A stretch of DNA of 58,717 bases from an uncultured Tannerella sp. (GTDB taxonomy: Bacteria > Bacteroidota > Bacteroidia > Bacteroidales > Tannerellaceae), in contig CAYUAK010000230.1 in the NCBI GenBank assembly GCA_964442765.1, positions 1-58,717 on the forward strand, written 5' to 3'. Both the position numbers and the translations under genes were made by a program. The notes beneath the pieces were generated by a model. It was given only the letters and a program-made list of their open reading frames with translations, did no database searches and was not told where the DNA came from. Below are positions 40,849-48,591 of this stretch, in pieces (the first letter of the stretch is position 1; the number at the start of each line of letters is the position of its first letter).

Positions 40849-42045
40849 TTACTTGACAATATCAATAGTCTTCTTCTCTTTGAAAAAGAAGATGAAACTA
40901 ACCAGCACTGCAACCGCGATGAAAGCAGGCACAAACCAAATATTTTGCCATTGGTATTCCTGGCCTTTTGAGTAATAAGTTGTTACAAAACCCGAAAACC
41001 AAGTGCCTATAAACATCCCCAGCCCGTATGTGACGAAAGTGAATAACCCCTGGGAGGCGCTTTTGATTCTCTCGTTGGATTTTTTCTCCGTATACATATA
41101 TCCCGTCACAAAGAAGAAATCATAACATACGCCATGCAGGATGATACCCAGATATAACAGCCACACGTATGTGCCCATGTCGCCAAAAGCAAAGCAGAGA
41201 TAACGTAAAATCCAGGCCGACATACCGATGAGTAACATTTTCTTCACGCCTATCCGGTTGAAAAAGAACGGTATGACAAGGATAAACAATGCCTCCGAAA
41301 TCTGTCCCATGACCATTTTGCCCGCCACATTATTCATACCCGATTGATTAAGGAACAAATTGGCAAATCCAAAGTAGAACGATAGCGGTATGCACACAAA
41401 GATAGCCGCTATGAAAAAAATCAGATAGGGCTTATCTTTAAACAAGACAAAGGCGTCAATACCAAAAATCGATTTGGCCGTTGTTGTGGTGGTTTTAACC
41501 GGAGGGGTATCGGGCAGGAAAAAACTGTACAACCCTAAGCAGCCCGAAATCATCGCTGCCATGTAAAAGGTGTTGGGCGTTTGTTCGATGCCGAAAATTG
41601 AAATCATAAATCCGGAGATGACCCACCCGATTGTGCCGAAAACGCGAACAGGCGGAAACTGTTTGCCGATGTCCGTCATTTGACGAAATGCGACGCTGTT
41701 AGATAAGGCCAATGTAGGCATATAGGCAAGCGAATAAAAGAGTATGACCCAATAAAAAGCGCCATTGGTCGTAATCTTGGAAGCCAAAAACAGCAAAATA
41801 CCTCCCAAAATATGCAATACCCCCATCACTTTTTGGGCGGGGAAGTACCTGTCGGCAATCATCCCTACAAAAAAGGGCGAGATCATCGTGGCGATAGCCA
41901 AAGCGCTGTAAGCAGCCCCAATTTGCAAGCCGGACGAACCTAAATATTTGGACATGAACGTCCCCATCGTAACGTACCACGATCCCCAGATATAATACTG
42001 CAGGAACATCATCGTTGACAGTACGACTGTTGTCTTAGTTTTCAT
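40849..42045 (-). CDS. MFS nucleoside:H+ symporter family permease
   Basis: MMFLQYYIWGSW, GMIADRYF, RVFGTIGW, LHGVCYDFFFV. Confidence 0.92.
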   Translation of the reverse strand: MKTKTTVVLSTMMFLQYYIWGSWYVTMGTFMSKYLGSSGLQIGAAYSALAIATMISPFFVGMIADRYFPAQKVMGVLHILGGILLFLASKITTNGAFYWVILFYSLAYMPTLALSNSVAFRQMTDIGKQFPPVRVFGTIGWVISGFMISIFGIEQTPNTFYMAAMISGCLGLYSFFLPDTPPVKTTTTTAKSIFGIDAFVLFKDKPYLIFFIAAIFVCIPLSFYFGFANLFLNQSGMNNVAGKMVMGQISEALFILVIPFFFNRIGVKKMLLIGMSAWILRYLCFAFGDMGTYVWLLYLGIILHGVCYDFFFVTGYMYTEKKSNERIKSASQGLFTFVTYGLGMFIGTWFSGFVTTYYSKGQEYQWQNIWFVPAFIAVAVLVSFIFFFKEKKTIDIVK

Positions 42046-42291
42046 AATCTATCTGTATTATTTAGTTTTTAATAATTACGGTTATTGGAATGCAAAAATA
42101 CTACTTTTTCAAACAAAAACAAATTCGTGAAGAAAGTTGTAGAAAAGTAGTACGGATTTCTCCTTTCGATAATCCCTGAGGGAGATAAGATGGGTAGAAA
42201 AAATTTTTTAATTAAATTTGGCATATCCAATGGATTTATCTATTTTTGCAGACGTTTAAGAAGAAAAAAATATAATTTCAAAAATACCCTT

Positions 42292-43683
42292 ATGAGAAAG
42301 CAGTTTATTATCAGTGTCTTTGTGATGATGTTTGTTTGTTTGCAGGTAGTGACCGGACAAGCAAAATATGTGTTTTATTTTATCGGCGACGGTATGGGTG
42401 TCAATCATGTCAATATGACGGAGGTCTATCTTTCAGCTTTGAAGGGTGAGCGTGGCTCGGCATCCTTATTGATGACGCAGTTTCCGGCAGTGACAATGGC
42501 TGCTACGTTTTCGGCGGATAATGATGTGACCGAATCATCGGCAGCGGGGACAGCACTTGCAACCGGCGTGCGAACCAAGAACAGTCATGTGGGCATTGAT
42601 GCTAACGCGAACCGCGTGGAAACGCTTGCCGAAAAAGCAAAAAAGGCGGGAAAGAAAGTGGGTGTTGCCTCGACTGTTACCGTCAACCATGCTACACCGG
42701 CATCATTTTATGCCCATCAACGCGACCGTAACATGTATTATGAGATAGCACAAGATATGATAAAATCAGGGATGGACTTTTTCGCAGGCGCCGGTGTGAT
42801 GAACAGGAATCGGTTTTTTGACAATTCAACCGCTCCGGATATATATCCGCTGATAGAGCAGGCCGGTTTTTATATTGCTAAAGGGTATGCTGACTACAAG
42901 GCCAATGCCGCTAAAGCAGGGAAAATTTTCCTCGTTCACGAAAATTGGGAGAAGACCGACGGTATACCTTATGCCATCGACCGTACTGATAAAGACCTGT
43001 CATTAAAAGAAATAACCGAAGCGGCTATTGAATCGCTCATGAAAGATAATAATAAAGGGTTTTTTGTGATGTTGGAAGCCGGACGCATCGATTGGGCTGC
43101 ACATGCTAATGATGGCGCAGCGGTGATAAAGGAAGTGATAGATATGAATGAGGCGCTGCAGGTAGCTTACGACTTCTATAAGAAACGCCCGAAAGAGACC
43201 CTGATAGTAGTAGCCGCCGACCACGAGACAGGTGGCTTAACAGTCGGTAAGGGAAGTTTAAATATCCGAGTGATAAGTAATCAAAAAGTGTCGTTAGACA
43301 AGCTGACGGAGCAAATCGGCGCTTTGTCGGCATCGAAGAATGGAAACGTTACTTGGGAGGAAATAAAAAACCTCCTAACCGAGACCATGGGTTTTTGGAA
43401 AGCTGTCCCGATAAACTGGGAACGTGAGAAGTTGCTTCGCGATGCCTACGAAGAGGTATTTGCCGTAAGAAGAGGGGATACAAGAGACCGTAATTTCTCC
43501 CTGATAGCTACCAGGGCTAAAGTAATAATAAATGATATCGCCGGACTTGGCTGGGCTACAGGCGCACATTCGGCCGGTTATATTCCGGTGTATGCAATCG
43601 GCGCTGGACAGGAGTTGTTTAAAGGCCAGATGCATATTATGGATATACCCGGACTGATTGCTAAAGCAGCGAAATACAAATAA
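42292..43683 (+). CDS. Alkaline phosphatase
   Basis: FIGDGMG, VTESSAAGTALATG, HATPASF, EAGRIDWAAHAND, ADHETGG; ATG 42292 lies downstream of the -7 box at 42241. Confidence 0.93.
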   Translation: MRKQFIISVFVMMFVCLQVVTGQAKYVFYFIGDGMGVNHVNMTEVYLSALKGERGSASLLMTQFPAVTMAATFSADNDVTESSAAGTALATGVRTKNSHVGIDANANRVETLAEKAKKAGKKVGVASTVTVNHATPASFYAHQRDRNMYYEIAQDMIKSGMDFFAGAGVMNRNRFFDNSTAPDIYPLIEQAGFYIAKGYADYKANAAKAGKIFLVHENWEKTDGIPYAIDRTDKDLSLKEITEAAIESLMKDNNKGFFVMLEAGRIDWAAHANDGAAVIKEVIDMNEALQVAYDFYKKRPKETLIVVAADHETGGLTVGKGSLNIRVISNQKVSLDKLTEQIGALSASKNGNVTWEEIKNLLTETMGFWKAVPINWEREKLLRDAYEEVFAVRRGDTRDRNFSLIATRAKVIINDIAGLGWATGAHSAGYIPVYAIGAGQELFKGQMHIMDIPGLIAKAAKYK

Positions 43684-43725
43684 GGTTTGGCTAAGGCCGA
43701 TTTTCAATTCAGGTTTCAGAAATTT

Positions 43726-43751
43726 CCCCCTTTGAAGAGGCAGGGGGATGT
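43726..43751 (+). repeat. REP-like element, copy 6
   Basis: CCCCCTTTGAAGAGGCAGGGGGATGT. Confidence 0.85.
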
Positions 43752-43773
43752 AAAACAATTTTATTATATAATT

Positions 43774-44880
43774 ATGAAAAAGATTTTTCTATTATTATTA
43801 CCAACATTATTAGCCTGTTCGAGTAAGATGCCCGAAGGCGATGCGAAGTATTTGAACAGCAAATACATCAAACAAGCCATGAACAAAGTGGCTCTTTGGC
43901 AGGTGGCCAACCCGAAGCACAGTCAGAAAGACTGGACCAACGGCGCATTTTATGCCGGCATGTTTGCTGCGTATGAGACAACTAAATCGAAGCCTGTGTA
44001 CGATGCCATGATGGCGATGGCGCGCGATTCGAACAAGTGGCTGCTGGGACGTCGATGGTATCATGCCGACGACCATGTGATAGCGCAGACCTACATGGAT
44101 TTGTATCGTAATGAGAAACAAAAAAGGAAGGAGATGATTCAGCCGACGATTGACACATTGGTCAAGTTTATCTCCACACCCTATCCGGTAAGAGGTGTTG
44201 AGGTTATCAAGTGGTGGTGGTGTGATGCTTTGTTTATGGGACCTCCTGTGCTTGTTAAGTTTGGATTGACAACAGGCGACAAACGCTTTTTGGCGGCTAA
44301 TGACCAGTATTTTCAGGAATGTTACGACTTGTTATATAATAAGAACGAGCGTTTGTTTGCACGCGACCTCAACTATGTCATCAAGGGTGAGAATAACGAC
44401 CGATACGAAGCCAACGGTCAGCTTATTTTCTGGTCGCGCGGTAATGGATGGGTACTTGGAGGACTTGTCAGGATTCTGAAAGAGCTACCCAAAGATTACC
44501 CTAAACGTCCGTTTTACGAGCAGGTATACAAGGAGATGTGCGCCCGGGTGACCGAGTTACAACAAGCCGATGGCTTATGGCGCGCCAGCCTGTTAGACCC
44601 CGCTTCGTATCCCGGAGGCGAGTGTAGCGGTTCGGGCTTTTTTTGTTATGCGCTGGCTTGGGGTATCAACCATGGATTATTAGACGCCAATAAATACCGT
44701 CCGGTTGCCGAAAAAGCATGGATAGCGCTTAATAAGTGCGTGAATGAAGAAGGACGCCTTGGCTGGGTTCAACCCATTGGCGCCGACCCGCGTCGTAATT
44801 TCAACGCCGATAGCTGGGAGGTGTATGGCTCAGGCGCTTTCCTGCTTGCCGGAAGCGAAATTATCAAACTACCCCTTTGA
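43774..44880 (+). CDS. GH88/GH105 unsaturated glycuronyl hydrolase, lipoprotein
   Basis: Lipobox LLAC; HADDH, WWWCDALFM, FWSRGNGW, GAFLLAGSE. Confidence 0.92.
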   Translation: MKKIFLLLLPTLLACSSKMPEGDAKYLNSKYIKQAMNKVALWQVANPKHSQKDWTNGAFYAGMFAAYETTKSKPVYDAMMAMARDSNKWLLGRRWYHADDHVIAQTYMDLYRNEKQKRKEMIQPTIDTLVKFISTPYPVRGVEVIKWWWCDALFMGPPVLVKFGLTTGDKRFLAANDQYFQECYDLLYNKNERLFARDLNYVIKGENNDRYEANGQLIFWSRGNGWVLGGLVRILKELPKDYPKRPFYEQVYKEMCARVTELQQADGLWRASLLDPASYPGGECSGSGFFCYALAWGINHGLLDANKYRPVAEKAWIALNKCVNEEGRLGWVQPIGADPRRNFNADSWEVYGSGAFLLAGSEIIKLPL

Positions 44881-44931
44881 AGGGGGCAGGGGGATGTCGC
44901 ATTTCCCCCTTGGAAAGGGGCAGGGGGATGT
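44872..44931 (+). repeat. REP-like element, copies 7 and 8 in tandem (copy 7 supplies the GH88/105 stop codon)
   Basis: CCCCTTTGAAGGGGGCAGGGGGATGT-cgcattt-CCCCCTTGGAAAGGGGCAGGGGGATGT. Confidence 0.9.
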
Positions 44932-44953
44932 ATCCTTTTATTAATTATCCCAT

Positions 44954-44987
44954 TGGATTAAATGTTTGTATGGATTAAATGTTTGTA
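44954..44987 (+). repeat. Perfect 17-bp tandem direct repeat
   Basis: TGGATTAAATGTTTGTA x2, ending 3 nt before ATG 44991. Confidence 0.85.
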
Positions 44988-44990
44988 GAG

Positions 44991-46412
44991 ATGAGACAGT
45001 TTATAAAAGTATTGAATCAATATGCAGATTTTAAGGGACGAGTTAGCCGAAGCGAATATTGGATGTTTGTCTTGGTCAATACTCTTGTAACCTTTATAAT
45101 AAGCGTTATGGGGTTTGGTTTAATGACATGGACAGGAAAAGAAGGTGCCTTGCTTTTCCCTTTTCTCTATTCAATGTCCGTATTGATACCCTGCTTGGCT
45201 GTTACAGTCAGGCGTTTACACGATACGGGCCGAAACGTATGGTTTGTATTTGTCAATCTGATTCCGGTTGTTGGCTCAGTTTTATTCATTATTGCTTTAT
45301 GTAAAAAAGGCAATATCGAGGAAAACTTTTATGGAAAGAACCCGAACACAACGAACAACTTCCGTTATCATAGAAAAAGATCCGCTGCCGTCGCATTGAT
45401 GTTAGCTGCTACCTTATGGTTTTTTTCCTGTTCTACGCTTTACCTTTTCTTCCCTAATGGATTTAGCGAACAAATATTCTATCTGCTTCTTCCTTTGGGC
45501 CTGTTTGTTACAGGCGCTGCCTTGTTTTCAAGGAGGGCGTTCTCAGCCGGCGTCGCTCTGTCATTGATAGCTTTGTCGGCTTTCTGGCTCTTTCTGTTTG
45601 CTTTAAAGATAAGAATGGTTATTGCCATTTTAGCTGAAAGATTCGATATAATGCAGGTAATAAATTTATTAACTGTTTTAGTTCCCATTGCTTTACTGTT
45701 ATCAGGTCTGTATATTCTGTTAAAGAAATCCGATCGTACCATCCCTGCCTGTTTATTGTTTGTAGGTTCATTTATTTGGATAATATCCATACTGATAAGC
45801 GACACATTATCGAATATTTCTCCTGTTTACATATACGCTTTAGTAACTAATATGGTGATAGTAGCACCTGTTTCTTTGTTCGTTTTTGCACGCACCTTAT
45901 TATTGAAAGAAAAACCTGTTAATGAATCGAAAAATGCCCTTTCAGTACCGGAAAAAGATGAAAAGTCTGCTGCCCCTCCACTATTCCAAGCAAAACAAGC
46001 GGATGATATTGTTCAGGTTCTGTTCGAAAAGGAATCCGAATCGGTATCCGGCCAAGCGATAGCAGAAAAGATTCCTGAACCGGTCGTTAGTCAAAAGGTT
46101 ACCATTCAACCGATAGTCGGATTAGAAACAAAACTGAAAGAAGAACATATCAGTCAAGCAGCAACCGGTAAGCCAACCATACAGGAACCGATTGTCAACA
46201 AGCCTATTAGTATGGAGAGTCGCCGAAATGTAGTTTTTATTCGCGAAGATAGGGATAACTGCAACGTTTGGCATATCTATAAAGCGCCGTCAAAAGTTCA
46301 TGCCATGTCATACCTCTCAAAGATAACGGTTGACAAGCCCTCCTATTTTGTAGTAGTAGAAACCCCCGAAGGTAATTTCGGCAGGGATAAAGACGGAATC
46401 TACCAGGAATAG
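44991..46412 (+). CDS. DUF805 membrane protein with extra TM segments and a small C-terminal domain
   Basis: YADFKGRVSRSEYW, AVTVRRLHDTGR, ENFYGKNP; alternative start at 44979. Confidence 0.85.
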   Translation: MRQFIKVLNQYADFKGRVSRSEYWMFVLVNTLVTFIISVMGFGLMTWTGKEGALLFPFLYSMSVLIPCLAVTVRRLHDTGRNVWFVFVNLIPVVGSVLFIIALCKKGNIEENFYGKNPNTTNNFRYHRKRSAAVALMLAATLWFFSCSTLYLFFPNGFSEQIFYLLLPLGLFVTGAALFSRRAFSAGVALSLIALSAFWLFLFALKIRMVIAILAERFDIMQVINLLTVLVPIALLLSGLYILLKKSDRTIPACLLFVGSFIWIISILISDTLSNISPVYIYALVTNMVIVAPVSLFVFARTLLLKEKPVNESKNALSVPEKDEKSAAPPLFQAKQADDIVQVLFEKESESVSGQAIAEKIPEPVVSQKVTIQPIVGLETKLKEEHISQAATGKPTIQEPIVNKPISMESRRNVVFIREDRDNCNVWHIYKAPSKVHAMSYLSKITVDKPSYFVVVETPEGNFGRDKDGIYQE

Positions 46413-46558
46413 TTCCTCCTTCGGGGTTGTCAATGAATTAAGTCGACAAAAAACCGGTCTTCAGCAAAGAGACACACAATAATTATTGTTTTAATTTTTG
46501 CTTGATAATACATATTTTTATGTACCTTTGCGCTCCTGTTTAATTTAATAAATTATAA

Positions 46559-47203
46559 ATGAAGAAATTACTCGAAAAGGGATTTGGAAAAGGTATCTGC
46601 CGAAACCGGCTTTATCCGAGATAATCTGGAAAAGGTCTTCCGGCTTTGTGAAATTCTGCAATATTTGAACGAAGAACTACTGTTTATTGACCATTTGGCG
46701 TTGAAAGGGGGTACAGCAATCAACCTGACAGTTTTTGATGCGCCAAGATTGTCCGTCGATATTGATTTGGATTTTACCAAAGAATGTAGCCGGGAGGAAA
46801 TGCTCCAAATAAGGACAATCATCAATGACAAGCTATTGATTTTTATGTTTGCTCAAGGCTATGCTTTGAGTCCAAATACTAAAAATCCTCATTCGTTGGA
46901 TTCGTGGGTATTTTACTTTCAAAATGCTGCCGGAAATAGGGATAGTATTTCAATAGTTTGAAATATAACCAGATACGCGCTAATCTTACTCCTGTGTTAA
47001 GGAAAAGCGAATATTTCAATTTTGAAGATGCAAAAACAATAGTCATAGATTATCTTTCCAAACTGATGTCACTTACAGACGATGAAAAGTTTTTTATTGA
47101 GAAATCCAATCAAGGAGTCTATCAGCCTGAATTATTATTTGACAATGAAAGTATTATTAAACGGATTAAAGAACATCCAATGGCTGTTTGGAGGATGAAA
47201 TGA
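46559..47203 (+). pseudogene. AbiEii-family nucleotidyltransferase toxin pseudogene
   Basis: LALKGGTAINL..PRLSVDIDLDF motif. ATG 46559 is out of frame by +1, the first fragment stops at 46961, and a C-terminal fragment (HPMAVWRMK) is in another frame. Confidence 0.85.
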
Positions 47204-47214
47204 GGGAACTTATA

Positions 47215-47370
47215 TCACATCAGAAAATCAATGTCCATCTTACCGTCTTTCAGATAGCGGGGGAGTTCGGCTTTAGGTTTTTTGAGCATAAATTTTTCTT
47301 GTGCACTAAAACTTAGGGTTCGGGTAATTACTTCAGCATAGATAGGGTTGGCCGGTTGAATCTTCTCATA
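47215..47370 (-). pseudogene. Fragment of an AAA-ATPase / nuclease-associated protein
   Basis: Manual translation YEKIQPANPIYAEVITRTLS...PRYLKDGKMDIDFLM*; no start codon; family recognised from memory of the ANPIYxEVIxRxL motif. Confidence 0.55.
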
Positions 47371-47389
47371 TACGCTTTTCCTTTACTTG

Positions 47390-48509
47390 CTATTTGTAGC
47401 CTGCGCCGGCAAATTCCATCAGGTATGCTTTGATGAAGCCGTCGATTTTCCCGTCCATCACGCCGGTGACGTCGGATGTTTGGTAATTGGTGCGGTGGTC
47501 TTTGACACGGCGGTCGTCGAACACATAACTGCGTATCTGCGAGCCCCATTCGATTTTCAGTTTGCCGGCTTCTATCTTGGCCTTTTCGGCTAAACGGTGT
47601 TGCATTTCTTTGTCGTAGAGGATAGAGCGTAACTGACGCAAGGCGTTATCGCGGTTTTTTGGCTGGTCGCGTGTTTCCGTATTTTCGATGAGTATCTCTT
47701 CCGTTTCGCCGGTATAAGGGTCTTTATATAAATAGCGAAGGCGAACGCCCGATTCAACCTTGTTGACATTCTGGCCGCCGGCGCCGCTCGACCGGAATGT
47801 ATCCCATGAGATATTAGAAGGGTTGATGTTCACCTCGATGGTATCATCGACGAGAGGTGTGACAAAAACGGAAGCGAAGGAGGTCATTCGTTTACCCTGC
47901 GCATTAAAGGGTGAGACGCGGACTAACCGGTGAACGCCGTTTTCGCCTTTCAGGTAGCCATACGCATAATCGCCTTCTATCTGCATAGTGACCGTTTTGA
48001 TGCCGGCCTCGTCACCGTCTAACAGGTTGCTTATGGTTAGTTTGTAGTTGTTCGATTCGCTCCACCGAATATACATACGCATGAGCATCGACGCCCAATC
48101 CTGGCTTTCTGTACCGCCGGCGCCGGAGTTAATCTTCAACACACAACTCATCTGGTCGGCTTCTTCGCGCAGCATATTACGGAACTCCAAATTCTCTATG
48201 AGTCCTTTGGCTTTCGTATAGGCGGCATCCACTTCCTCTTCGGTTGTAAGGCCTTCTTTCACAAACTCATAAGCCATGTTTAGCTCTTCGGTGGCGTTTA
48301 ACACTTCTTTGTAGAGGTCGAGCCATTTTTTTAGCCCTTTTACTTTCTGCATGTTCGCTTCGGCGCGTTTGGTATCGGCCCAGAAAGCAGGGTCGTGCGT
48401 TCTCAGCTCTTCTTCTTCCAATTGAACGGTCATCGTTTCGATGTCAAAGGTACCCCCTCAACGCTAACTCGCGTTCCAACAGGTCTTTTAGTTGGTCTGA
48501 TGTAATCAT
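47390..48509 (-). CDS. prfB: Peptide chain release factor 2 with programmed +1 frameshift (372 aa)
   Basis: ATG 48509, 21 codons to AGG GGG TAC CTT TGA C, then +1 into the ORF carrying the SPF and GGQ motifs. Confidence 0.97.
48443..48458 (-). promoter_or_regulatory. prfB frameshift signal
   Basis: Internal SD-like AGGGGG, 3-nt spacer, CTT TGA C. Confidence 0.95.
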
Positions 48510-48591
48510 TTGTTATATTTTTATTGTTTGCATTATGTATTAATTATGTGCAGCAAAGATAGTAATAAAAATGGTATAGAAGATAAAATGA

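Noticed and set aside
42526-42560. Alkaline phosphatase motif TESSAAGT instead of TDSAAAGT as a sign of inactivation
   Set aside because: The nucleophile Ser and metal-ligand motifs are retained and the changes are conservative.
42190-43773. ORF-track extended starts (42190, 43687; likewise 14544, 16490, 22929, 52532)
   Set aside because: The extensions run through promoter boxes or repeat elements. Downstream ATGs give proper signal peptides or conserved N-termini.
47328-47593. ORFs 47328-47549 (-) and 47387-47593 (+)
   Set aside because: They are alternative-frame or antisense overlaps of prfB with no protein-like features.
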